Under the pieces are notes generated by a model. It did no database searches, was not told the origin of the DNA, and saw only the letters and a program-made list of their open reading frames with translations. Both the position numbers and the translations under genes were made by a program. Of a stretch of DNA of 64,000 nucleotides, positions 13,601-27,600 are shown piece after piece. The DNA lies in NCBI GenBank assembly GCA_964016885.1, contig OZ024740.1, positions 363,444,001 through 363,508,000 on the forward strand, in the 5' to 3' direction. The stretch comes from Eledone cirrhosa. Taxonomy: Eukaryota. The number at the start of each line of letters is the position of its first letter. Positions within the stretch are counted from its first letter, which is position 1.

Positions 13601-15304
13601 GGAATCATTCTCAAATAAAGTTCTGTTGCTTTTTTTATCATTCTTAGTGTTCCTACAATCACTGGTAGTGCAACTGCCTTGTGTTGCCACAATTTTTTCA
13701 AATTCAATCTGTATGTCTTTATATTCTTTAAGCTTGTCAAATTCTTTTGTCGCAGTATTAGGATCCCATGGAATGCTTATATCAATCAATAAATAGAATT
13801 TATTATTTTGGTCTTTTACAATAATATCCAATTTATTAGTTTTGATAGTTCTGTCTGTATGTATAGAAAAGACCCCAAACTCATTACATTTTCTTCCTCA
13901 CTACAGCCTCACAATATCAGCAGATTTGATTTTATAATGCCAGCATATTAACCAGTGTATATATTGGCCACACATCCACACATTAAGTGGTCCACTGTTT
14001 CAATCTCATCATTGTAAAATCAACATTTTGGATCAGATCCATTTCTCATCACATTGACATCATAGTTCCATGTTAATAAGCTTTGATCTTGAGGAGCTAA
14101 TATGAAGCCTTCAATCTTTGCCTTTAACTCTGAGCTACACACCCACTAATGGCTGTACCTCTGGTCAACATCACCTTTTTTTGCTATTGGTCACATATTT
14201 GCCATGCAAAGGTCTCTGCCACCAGCTCAATATTAATTGTTCATGCTCTTTTTTGCCATTAATTTTATTTCATTTGAAAAAAACAGTTGCCACAGTTGAC
14301 CCGCTCTGTCTAACCTGATATCAATCATCAAACCAGTAGCAAATTTTTTGCTCTCTTTCAAAATAGAATGAAGCTTCTCATTCCTCTCATGTGTTTCAAT
14401 GAATTTCAGTATCCAGTCATTTGTTGTTTCACGATATTTGGTCTGTCTAATTGTGGTGGTTTAGTAAGAAAATTCAAACTGGATCAAACCTTGGCCTCCT
14501 TAAGCTCTGGGAAGGTTAAGATGACCCACCTCTGTCTTTGGGCTGTGCATTGTATTACAAATCAGCAACTCATACATTTTTGTGTCATCATCATCATCAC
14601 CGTTTTACATCCATTCTTCCATGCTAGCATGGGTTAGACACGTTGTCCTGTCTTACTCAAGGCCAATACACTGATGGTATTGCCGCAGGTGATAGTGAGG
14701 TTAAAATACTGGAATAACCAAGCATTCTCATAAGCATCATGTGCTATGCCAGTAAGGTGAACTACCAACAATAACAAGAACCTCATTGTCAATAACTTAG
14801 CTCACACATCTCAAACACCACAGGTTGAAAAAATTGCTTGCTGATAATTACTGGTATTTTAGAATTTTATTCTGTTTGGCTACAGGTGCTGTGACCCTCA
14901 CCTTCACTGCAACATCTAGGATGTTGGAAAGTGCAAATGAATTGCAAACTTCATATGCTCACCTGATATGTTGGTAAGAAAAGCTACTAATAATGACAAG
15001 AACTACATTGTCACTGGCCTAGCTCCCCCTGAACATCTCGGATGTCAATGGCTAAAAAAGTATTAATAAATTTTATTCTGTTTAACTACAGTTGCACCTT
15101 TACCACAGCATTTAAGATGTGAGAAGGAACAAAAAAGTCATTAACTGTGGTGTCCCATATGAGGCATCTAACTGCTTACCCAAAGGCAGAAGGTAAACTA
15201 TCTGGGCTTTTCTCATCAGCCCCAGACAATCTGGCTAGCACCAGAATTGAGGGAATATCAATTCTGACTAGGGAAAAGCTTACTCCTTTGAATTACAGGT
15301 ACAG

Positions 15305-15340
<36 letters not shown>

Positions 15341-18300
15341 GTTTAACGTCCATGTTCCACGCTTGCATGGGTTTGGACGGGAGTTTTCCCACTTGAGGCA
15401 AGAGTGGTTATCTTGCTCGCATAGGACTGTCTGGCGGGTTTTCTACAGTTGGATGCCCTTCCTAACACCAACCACATTTACAGTGTGGGGCTGGGAGGTT
15501 TTTACCGTGTTGCCTACACGGCCACATTACAGCGTGGACTGTCTGGCGGGTTTTCTACAGTTGGATGCCCTTCCTAACACCAACCACATTTACAGTGTGG
15601 GGCTGGGAGGTTTTTACCGTGTTGACTACATGGCCACATTACAGCGTGGACTGTCTGGCGGGTTTTCTACAGCTGGATGCCCTTCCTAACACCAACCACA
15701 TTTACAGTGTGGGGCTGGGAGGTTTTTACCGTGTTGCCTACACGGCCACATTACAGCGTGGACTGTCTGGCGGGTTTTCTACAGCTGGATGCCCTTCCTA
15801 ACACCAACCACATTTACAGTGTGGGGCTGGGAGGTTTTTACCGTGTTGCCTACACGGCCACATTTACAGCGTGGACTGTGTGTTTTTTTTTTTGTCGTGA
15901 CACCTACACGATCTCCTTTGTTTCGGCCTGGATTTTGTGGTACCAACATAACTTTACATTGAAAGGGCCGGTGTGGATGGGGTGGGGGTGGTGGGACGGG
16001 GGTGTATTTTGTATTTAGGTAAGGCGGGTCTTCTCTATTACTGAGTACCGCCAAAGGTCTCGGTCCAGTGACATTGTCTTGGAGTGTAAGTGTGTGAGGT
16101 CGGAATTTATCAGCTCATCCCAGGTTTTTCTGGGTCTGCCTACTCCGTGGCTACCGTCTATCTTTATTGCCCTGCATTTAGCTATACAGCTGTCGTCTTT
16201 CATGCGCATCACGTGACCATACCAACGTAGCCTTCTCTCGAGTAAACAACATCTGATCCCTCTTATTTCTAATTTTTTCCTTAGTTCGTTTATGCTTTGC
16301 CGTTCGGGTATATTACTATTACACATCCAGCGGAGCATGCAAGCTTCGTTCCTCTCTAGTCTGCGTATATCCTCTGCACACAATGCCCAGGTCTCACTGC
16401 CATGCAACATTGCTGTTTGTATGCAGGCATCATACAACCTGCCTTTCATTTTTAGGGAGAACCCTTTAGCGGCTAATAGTGGTATAAGCTCTCTGAACTT
16501 TTTCCATCCAGTTCTGACTCTAGCTACTGTACTTTCGGAGCACCCTCCCCCACTGCTGATTTTGTCACCCAGGTAACGGAAGCTGTCCACTATTTCTATA
16601 GAGCCCTCTGCGCAATTGAAAGAGTTAGTATTTTGTGGGCACTCGCTGCTACTTATTGCACCAGAGCACCACCCACATGTAAAATCTAAGTTCTTAGTTA
16701 GCCTATAGCTTACCTGTGATCCCACTACATCTTTTATGCACCCATACTTTGCATTTGGGACATAAAATGGAGTTTCTACCTACGCCTTTCCTACACACTG
16801 AGCATGGCCATTTCCTGGAAGGGACCGGCGCCTTATTTTCTTTCCTACAAACTAGAACTTTAGTCTTAGCCAGGTTAATTTTAAGGCCTTTTGATTCTAG
16901 GCCGTGCTTCCATGTTTGGAATTTCTTCTGTAGCTCGGCCATTGATTCAGCTATGAGCGTTAGATCATCTGCATATAGGAGTTCTCATAGGCAGCCGGTC
17001 TTGAACTCCTCTGTTATAGCCTGAAGGGCAATAATAAATAGTAGGGGGCTAAGAACAGAGCCCTGATGGACACCAACTTTTACGCTAAACTCTTCACTAT
17101 ATTCGTTGTTAATTCTAACCTTGCTCACTGTTTCTTTATACATGGCTTGTATAGCTCTCACAAGCCTTCGTCAACACCTAGTTTTCTAAGAGCCCACCAG
17201 ATAATGGAACGGGGGACTCTGTCGAAGGCTTTCTCCAAGTCGACAAAAGCTAGGTATAGAGGTTTACTTTTAGTTAGGTACTTCTTCTGTAGTTGTCGTA
17301 CAATGAAAAGAGCATCTGTGGTACTTTTGCCTGACACAAACCCGAACTGCATTTCATCTAGATCGATTCTCTCTCTGATTAGTTGCACTATTACTTTTTC
17401 CGTGACCTTCATGACCTGGTCGATTAATTTAATGCCTCTATAGTTACTCCTATCTAGGGCGTCTCCTTTACCCTTGTAACAGTTAATGATGATGCTGCTA
17501 TGCCAGTCCTTCGGAACAACCCCATTCTGTATGACTTGGTTTACTATCCGGGTGACCATGGTGTGTCCCACCGTTCCAGAGGCCTTCAGCATCTCAGCAA
17601 CTATTTCCGAAGGCCCAGCCGCCTTACCCGTCTTCATATCTTTGATTGCCTTACTTATTATACTACCTTCAACTAACACTGCTGGTCCCTCTATTGGATC
17701 GATCTGGGGGAGACTATCCTTCTCCCATTTATTCTCCTCATTTAGTAGTCTCTCGTAGTGACACTTCCAAGCTACCTTCTTATCAGCATCAGTGATGGCG
17801 ATTACGCCATCATCATTTAGTACACACTTACTTCTCCCCAACAATATCACGGTTTTCCTTGACACATTGCCTAGCAATCCTGAACACCTCACGTTTTGGG
17901 TTCTCGCGTTGTAGAACATGCTTGAACTTTCTTTCCTCTGCTTCACTTCTTGCGAAGTACACTTGTCCCCTAGCTTCCCTCCTGGCCACTTGATAGTCTT
18001 CTCTACTTCCCCCATCCCGCCATGCTTTCCAAGCTTGCTTTTTGGCCTTAATCGACTCCTCCACCTTAGTGTTCCACCACCATGTTACTCTCCTCCTGCC
18101 TATAGGCCTGCTCCGGCCACAGACTTCGTCTGCCGCCATCAGCAGGTTTGCTTTCAGGAATTCCCACTGTCCCTCTATATTGTCCGACTCTAAATGCTCT
18201 TCCTTACTGTCGAAAGCATCAAGTAATATGCTTTGAAATTTATTTCTGGCTGTGGGGTCCTTTAGCTTCCATATTTTTCTCCTGAGGATAGTCCTCTTCT

Positions 18301-21045
18301 GCTGTCGAGTACGTCTCGTCCTGACTATGAGGTCGCTAATTATCAGTCTATGTTGGGAGGTGCATTCTTCATGGGGGAGGGATTTAGTGTTTACAACAGT
18401 CGCTCTGTCACGTCTTCTGGTAAGGATATAATCTACCTGGCTGGTATGTTCCCCTGATCTGTAGGTGATCAAGTGATTGTCTCGTTTTTTGAAGTTAGTG
18501 TTACAGATTGTTAGGTTATTTGCATCACAGAATTCCAGGATTCTGGAGCCTTCCTCATTTCTAGTACCAAACCCATAGCCTCCATGGATTTCATCATAGC
18601 CGTCACAATGTTGTCCAACGTGACCATTTAGGTCGCCAGCAATAATTATATAGTCACTGTTGGTTATTTGGGAGGTAGTGAGCATCAGTGTCTCATAGAA
18701 AGTGTCTTTTATAGCGCCAGGCAGTCCGGATTGGGGCGCGTACGCAGATATTATCGTCACAGTAGTTCTATTTAGAACAAGTCTTATTTTAATTATTCTG
18801 TCGTTTACTCTATTTACGTCTATTATCTTATCCACCCATTTTTCTGTTAACATGATTCCTACCCCACCCAGCCCATTGTCATTTCCCACCCAGAAAAGCT
18901 TATAGCATCGTTTTTTACCCACAATAAATCTAGCAGACCCGCTCTCCACCTGGTCTCTTGGATGCAGCAGACATCAACCTTGGATGCAGCATTTCTACAA
19001 CCTCGTTTGAGCAGCCTTTTAAGGTCCCTACATTCATGCAATTTGTATTAATGTACAAATGGTTGATTATTGCACATACATATGTACCCCTTAGCATAGT
19101 TTTCAGGAGAATCAGTATGATACAGTATGTGGCAAGGCTATCGCTTTGAATTACAGGTGCAGTACATCTTGTATTAACATGCAAGTGGCTGCGATTTACA
19201 AAAACAAGTATATGCCTTAATATAGTTCTCATGAAGATTTGGTGTGACACAGTTGAATTATAGATATAGTCTATCTTGTAATATAATCGTTTCTACTTTA
19301 GGCACAAGGCCAGCAATTACCCAGTGCATTATGTCAGTGTATCAGTATTCCACAGGCATGTGTAGCCCTAAAAAACATTCAGCATAAATTTACAGGTACA
19401 GTCCATCTTGTATTTATGTGCAAATGGCCTTGCTTTCCAGAAACATGCAGGCTTCTCAACATTCATGCAATACTCAGAAATTGAATTGCAAATTGAATTC
19501 AGTGAGTGTTGTATGTAGAAGAGAAAATGATACCATATATATATATATATATACACACACATATATGTATATCATTATCATCATCGTTTAACGTCCATCT
19601 TCCACGCTAGCATGGGTTAGACAGTTTTGTTCCATTTGATGCGGGATTGGTTAGGAGAATGTGGCTCGCTCATACGGAGGTGTCTCTGACAGGTTTTCTA
19701 CGGCTGGATACCCCCCTAACACCAATCACATTTACAGTGTGGACTGGGAGCCTTTTTACCATATCTCCTACATGACCACCTTACAGTGTGGACTAAGTGC
19801 TTTTTGTTGTGTCACCGACACAGTGGACAGAAATGGGAGGATGGGGTAGGTGTGTGGGGTGGGGTGTATATTGGGTTAAAAGGTGCCTACTGACTATAGG
19901 TTTGTATGCAAGGGAAGACGGATCTTCTGTACAACTGCATGGCGCCAAAGATCTTGATCCAGTGACAGTCTCTTAGAGAGGTGTAAGTAAGCAAGGTCAG
20001 TGTTTATCACCTCGTCCCAGGTATTTCTTGGTCTACCCACTCCGTAGCTTCCATCAATTTTCATTGCTCTGCACTTTTTATACAGCTGTCGTCCTTCATA
20101 TGCATCACATGGCCATACCAATGCAATCTCCTCAGCTGTATAAAAAGTGCAGAGCAATGAAAATTGATGGAAGCTGTGGAGTGGGTAGACCAAGAAATAC
20201 CTGGGACGAGGTGATAAAAACTGACCTTGCCCACCTACACCTCTCTAAGACAATGACACTGGATCGCGACCTTTGGCATCATGCAGTTGTACAGAAGACC
20301 TGATTGCCATTGTATACAAGCCTATAGTCAGTAGGCACCTCTTAATTCAATGTACACCCCACTCCACACACCCTACCCCATCCTCCCTCTCCCATTCCAT
20401 CCACTGTGTCGATGACACAACAGTCCACACTGTAAGGTGGCCATGTAGGAGACACGGTGAAAAGGCTTCCAGTTCACACTGTAAATGTGGTTGGTGTTAG
20501 GAAGGTCATCCAGCTGTAAAAAAAAACCCTGCCAGAGATGCTTCCGTCGAGTGAGACATGGTCTCCCGACCATTCCCGCATCAAATGAACAAAACCGTCT
20601 AACCCATGCTAGCGTGGAAGATGGACGTTAAACGATGATGATATATAAAAAGGAATTTGTAGTTTACTTAAAACATTGTATATGGTGTAAAGAATTCAAA
20701 GTTTGAAAGCCACAACAATGTGTGTTTGGAATGAAAATAATTAAATAGTAAGAAACCGGGTTATTTTTTTACCTTAATTTATTCATGTCCTGATATTTCG
20801 AGATTAATATCTCTTCTTCCAAGGAAAATAAAGGAACTATTCCAGAGTCCAATGTGGCTTGCTATACCATGCTGGCCGGAAAGCAAGCTACATTGGACAC
20901 TGGAATAGTTCTTTTATTTTCCTCGGAATAAGAGATATTAATCTCGAAATATCAGGATATATGAATAAGTAAAGTTAAAAATCAACCCTGTTTCTTACGA
21001 TTTAATTATTTTCCATCGAAACACGTTTTCAAACTTCGAATTCTT

Positions 21046-21085
<40 letters not shown>

Positions 21086-21614
21086 CTTAATTTTTGTATT
21101 TGTTTTGCAAGGTGCTGGATGTGAAATTGCGTGTTGAAACAGATATATATTGGGAGTGTTATTCTGTCAATAAAAACACATGCACTAGTTGAGTTTCACT
21201 TCAGTTTATTATTAGTCAGGTAACTAATCCATTCCTTGCTGAGTTTCATAAATAGGCTACTTTTTAATTGTCATATTTAATTGTCAAAATTCTCTTGTCA
21301 CAAATTTTGTGACCTTCTCAAATACTATTCTTGCTCATCTGCGTTTCCTCTTTATTTTGATTTTGTTTTATGTATGCTATCTTGTATTTCTGTGGTGTGT
21401 ATATGGGATATATATGTGTGTGTATATATATATATATATATACACACACATATATATTCCACATGGCATGCATGTATGTGTGTCCACGTTTGTGTGCTTG
21501 TGTGTGTTTGTTTGCCTGTGTGAGTCTCTGTATGTTGCTACTTAAGTATTTTGTGTTTATTATTGTGGTGTTTTTGTATTGTGTATGCTCAGACAAATCT
21601 CCTTCCTCCTTCCT

Positions 21615-21693
<79 letters not shown>

Positions 21694-24600
21694 CAAGGTC
21701 TAGCAAATAGAGAAAAAGTTTTAAAATAAATTTTAAAAGGTTCGCTGTACTTACTATATGTGCCTTTAACGCGCGGTTTCAAATCTTAAAACAAACAGAT
21801 AATCCAAGCGGATTTCCATTGAGAAAGGGACTTTCGTCAGAAGGCTTTTCTCGCTTGGAGAATATAAAATTCCCGAGTTCAAATCACAAACTGGCGCCAT
21901 ACAAAACTGTTCCCGAATGAGAGTGAATAAGGAAAGAAACAATCTTGCCTAGTGCCTTGATTTTATATGTTCTGGCTTGTTAATTTATTAACCTGCCATA
22001 GAACCACATTGGCATATGGTTGGACAATACTTGTATCCTTATATGTATTTTATACACGTAGGAACACATACTTAATTATATATATATATATAATATATTT
22101 GACAATATACCGTATGTTTAATTTAAAACATTTTGAAGACCTCATTTTTAAAGTAGTGACTATATCACTTACTTCTTTTCATGCTGTTGGCAATCATCAG
22201 AGCTACATACTGCCCTCTTCCGCCGAAAATTATAGAAGCTGGATTGTTATAGAATTCCAGTAATAATCAGGAGCTGATTATTCAGAGTGATTGCCGGTCC
22301 AGCAAAAATTAAATATTAGGATTGGTGCTCTGAAATAGCAATGTATACATGAATGTATGTATAGTATATTTGACAATATACCGTATGTTTAATTATGTAT
22401 TGGTGCTCTGAAATAGCGATCTATTTCAGAGCACCAATCCTAATAGCTTCTCTGCCTTCTTTCGCCGAAAAGAAGTGACATAGACACTACTTTAAAAATG
22501 GTAGCTTAAGGTCTTCAAAATATTTTTAATTAAACATACGGATATTGCCAAATATACTATGCATACATTCATTTATACATCACTATTTCAGAGCACCAAT
22601 CCTAATACTATATATATATATATATACACACACATGCACATATATATACACATACACATCATCATCACCATTTAATATCATTTTTCCACACTAGCATGGG
22701 TTAGATGAATTGTCCTGTTGTGAGACAAGCCAGATCAGATGACTGTGTCTTGCTCTTATAGAACTGTTTCTGGCTTGGTTTCTATAGCACTTTTTATCAT
22801 GATACCTACAGAACCACTTTACAGTTTGGACTGGGCACTTTTTGTCATGACTCCTACACAACCACTTTACAGTTTGGACTGGGCACTTTTTGTCATGACT
22901 CCTACACGACCACTTTACAGTTTGGACTGGGCACTTTTTGTCATGACTCCTACACGACCACTTTACAGTTTGGACTGGGCACTTTTTGTCATGACTCCTA
23001 CACGACCACTTTACAGTTTGGACTGGGCACTTTTTGTCATGACCCCTACACGACCACTTTACAGTTTGGACTGGGCACTTTTTGTCATGACACCTACATG
23101 ACCACTTTACAGTTTGGACTGGGTGCTTTTTGTCATGACACCTACATGACCACTTTACAGTTTGGACTGGGTGATTTTTGCCATTACACCTACATGACCA
23201 CTTTACAGTCTGGACTGGGTGCTTTTTGTCATGACACCTACATGACCACTTTACAGTCTGGACTGGGGGCTCAGGTGGTACATGAGGATTGGAGAGGTAG
23301 ATCTAAGGTGGGCCACTTATCTGGTAAATATTGGGCTTGTAGGGACTTAGATGAGGGGTAGGGTGGTAGGATATGGGTGGCATGTTAGGGTGTGGGTGGA
23401 GTGTTATAGCATAGGTGTATGGAAGGGGATGTGGGGGGAGAAGTATTTTTTAATTGCTGTTACTAATAATTAACGATGTACATTACCTTTTTATATAATT
23501 TTCTTTAATCGACAAAGATATGCTATCTTTAATTATTTAAAGGCATCACTTTCATGTAATCTGATGGGATGGTTGATAAATGCTATCTCCTACAAGAAGT
23601 TTCAAGAGGCACATGTAGCTTTGGGTACAAGGTTAACAAGAAAGTAACAAACAAAATAAGAAAAAAAATCAAATGAAGCTAGAAACCTTTGTTACACTTT
23701 AAGGTCAAAATGGGTTCATTTGTTGTGAAACTAGATGATATCACTAGATATGTTTTTATCTATTAGCTATTTTGTACAAAGATTAGAGTCTATATATGTT
23801 GTGCGAGAGTACGATGCCCTCCTGGTGAGAATGGGCTGGACCACTACATATAAATAGTAGCGGCCTGAATATGTGGGCAAGTTGGTACTAGTTCCAACTT
23901 GCCCACTTACTCAGGCAGCTACTATTTATACATAGTGGTCCCGCCCATTCTCACCAGGTGGGCGTCATACACTCGCACAGCAATCTACCACAGATAATTA
24001 AGACAATCTACTAAAATATAATAGAAGTGTGTGAGAATCTGTGGTTTCATGCTACTGATTATAATATTAGGAGTTCAAGCCTTACACATAACTTACGAAC
24101 AAACCATTAGACTAACTAAAGATATTTTAAAGGGTCTTTAAACACCTTTGATACTAAATTGTCTGAAACTGCTTCTGCTTCTACGATACAAAGCTGTTTG
24201 TTCTAAAATGATTTGGTTATTATTCTAAGTGATTAATCCTTTGTTCTATAACCCTTCTGTTACTATATTTCTAATGAAATAAACTACCTATGATTATCAT
24301 CGTCATCTTGAAATTAATCAAGAATGCAGAAGGATTTAGTAATATAAGTTTCTCATTATTAAATTGGTGCTTGGATCATAATCTAACAACAGTTCTTATA
24401 TAGAATTATGGTGGAAAGTTTTAAGCTAGCTGATGAACTGTGTAGTATATGCTCCAGCTGCAGCACCGCCAACCTAATAATCACACTGCATCATGTCTTC
24501 AATAATTCGTGGATGTATTGCCAAGGAGTAAATCTTTGTTTTGTAGAACTAAAAAAGGCATATGACCATGTTCCTCGGGACCAGCTGTGGAAGGTTCTGC

Positions 24601-27600
24601 AGGAGTATAGGATCGATGGTCAACTTCCTACTGCCCTGATGTCTCTATATGAATGTCCGAGTATTTGTGTTCGAATAAATGGTGCTAAATCGAAACCATT
24701 CAATGTGGGAGTCAGACTCAGCCAAGAGTACAATTGTCACCTCTCCTGTTCATTATTTTCATGAACAAGATTGATATGTGCAGCCAGGTTGGAAGTGGTA
24801 TCCAGGTTGGAAGTAAAATCAGTCGGCTGGAATTTGCCGACGACATGGTGTTACTTAACTTGCAGAAGGTAATCTCTGACTTTCACTAGATACGTTTGAT
24901 GCTGAGTGCTGCATGGCTGGAATGAAAATCAGTGCTGCAGAAACCGAGACACTCATCCTCTCAAGGAAGCCTGTGCAGTGCACTCGAGTTCTATTAAAGC
25001 AGGTTCAAATAAAGAGAAGTTCAAATATCTCGGGGGTTGTGTTTACGATTGATGGAAGGCACGAAGCTGAATTAAGTGAAGAATTGTAGAGGCTGGTGCA
25101 ATAATTCGCCAGCTTCAACATTTGGTAATCAGAAGAATGGAGGTAGGTGTAAAAGCCAAACTCACTATCTTCAATTCGGTATTCGTGCCAACCTTTACCT
25201 ATGGTCATGAACCTTGGATAATGACTGAAAGAATACAATCATGAATACAAATGGCTAAAATGGGGTTCCTCTGAAGGGTCTTTGGAGTAATGTTACTTGA
25301 TAGAGTGCATAACTCGGAGATCAGAGAGTCACTCCAGGTAGAGCCGTGACTTCTCTGAATTGAGAGATCACAGCACTGATACTATGGGCATGTGTTTAGA
25401 ATGTCTCAGGAAAGAATCGCTGGACAGATTTTACAGGCAAAACCAACTGGCAGGAGGCCCAGGGGTGAACCCTGAGCAAAATCGTTGGATAACATCAATG
25501 AGCTTTGCTGATCTCGCTTGGGGATCCAGCCAGATCAGTTGGAGACAGTTGCTTCTGATAGGACCCACTGGAAGGAATGTTTGAGGACTCTACCCCCACA
25601 GTCCTCTCAGGATTAATTGGGCAAAGAAGAAAAGGTTTTAAAATAAATATAAACACTTTAAAATAAATAGTTTTGGATCATAGAACCAGGAGCTGATTTG
25701 AGTAGTTTGGTATCAAAATGGTTAAACTATTTCTATTTACTTTATAATGGTCTCTCAAGGTTCTGTAATGTGTTTTGTTAAATTCATGATGGTAAAAACC
25801 AGCTATATTACAGATAATATAGAGAGTGATGGGAAAAAATGTGGAAGGAAGTAAGGGAAAGAAAAGACCAAGAAAGATGTGGCTAAAGATGATGGCTGAA
25901 GAAACAAAAGGGGTTGATGAAGGGAGATGTAGCTGATAGGCAAATCTAGACAAGTTTGCTATGGAGCCTGCTAGGCTCAAGTCTGCTTCAACAGGGAAAA
26001 ATGGCCTTAAAATGCTTATATATAATATATCAAGTGCATTTTTGGTATTTAGTATGTCATTATTTCTTATATATTTCAGTTATTAATGGCCAACATGTCT
26101 GTGACTTTGACAAGGATCTCTGCAACTGGAACAACCAGAAATCCCTCGACATAACATGGAAACGAAAGCAAGGAAAGTTAAATAAACAGTCTTTCCCTGA
26201 CCACACTACAGGATGTATGTATTCTCATAATATTTTATTAAATTTAGCGGAATATTTTAAATGCAACAATGCATATGTAATCATATAAATAAGTTAATGC
26301 CATTACTACTTCTATACTACTTCAAGCATTACATTCCATAGTAGGTGTCTTTATCATAGTCCATGTAATACATACAACTACAACTTCTTTCCTTAAGTTC
26401 CTAATATAATTACACTCACTGAGATATGCCTCCTTAACCGACTTTATTTCCTTAGAAAAACTGAACTCACTGCTCAAGCTAATTCCAGAGAACTGACATT
26501 CCATAGAATAAGGATTGGGCATATTGGGTTGAACACAATATGTGTGACAAGGAAAAATAAAGATTAGTAGTGACTGAGAGAAGATAGCATTTGGCCATCC
26601 AACTATGAGGGACTGAAGCTACAGTTGTAGAATAAAAAATGTAGCATCCCATAAGAGACTGCATATCTGTAGGCCAATGGTTAGAGTTTGTTGGTGAGAG
26701 ACTATAGCAATTAACCGAATACATCCTTCTTTAATGCTCCAAGAAATAGTTTTGGTTATGATTCATGCTTTTGTCTGTGGCATTCTTCATTTGCTACAGT
26801 TACCTACACTCACATCTATGTAGGCATGGCCAAGAAGTTAAGAAGTTTGCTTTGCATTGATAATATCCTAGACTTGATTCAGCCATATGGCATCTTGGGC
26901 AAATGTTTTTACCATAATTCTAGGTTGACCCAAACTTTGCTACTGAAAGTGGGTAGACAAAAACTGTATGGAAGCCCATCAGATGAATGGCAACTATAAT
27001 TTAAAGATCTAGCCTTGTTGCATACCATGTCATGCTGATTGGGGTTCAGAATTACATTCAAAGTATACATGTCTGTGGAATACTCAACTATTTACACTAT
27101 GATACAAAATGTGTCTGAAATTCAAAGGTCCATCCTTGTTACATATTGTGTCATACTGATTCAGCTTGGGAATAAAGTTAAGGGTACACATGTCTGTGAA
27201 ATACTCAACTACTTACACTATAATTCAGGAGTTGAATGTTCAGTTGATTGAAGAGCTGAATGCTTATTGTTGAAACCAACAGAGGATTCATTATGTTTAC
27301 AGAGTGTTAGTGAGTGATAGTCTCTTTCTTTTCCTTACTGTTCAGTATTTTAATGTTCCTAGGCTTAATGTTTCTAGGCTTACTATTCATTTCATTATTT
27401 AGGATAAAATCTGTATTTAAGTTTATTTTTTCACTGTTTGTATTAAATACATTAATCAGAACTATTAGCTATTTTAATCTACTGTTGCTGGGCTCTTGTT
27501 CAATGTCTTAACTCTTTTATTACTACATTTCTCTGCTTATGATTTTTAAATAATTTAAAAGATAATGAAGAATTTGGAGGGTTTTAGTAATATAATGAAC

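Noticed and set aside
14886-14973. Exon-like segment (ctacAG...TTG|GTAAGA) in intron 1
   Set aside because: 88 nt would shift the frame between exons 1 and 2; it lies in a diverged duplicated repeat (about 14760-15130) with no domain similarity.
22739-23101. ORF with PLYSLDWALFVMTPTR repeats
   Set aside because: By-product of a 48-bp minisatellite on the antisense strand of an RTE tail.
22813-23270. CRISPR-like periodic arrays (also 8141-8610, 15424-15878)
   Set aside because: Whole units repeat with no unique spacers, no cas genes, eukaryotic LINE-tail context.
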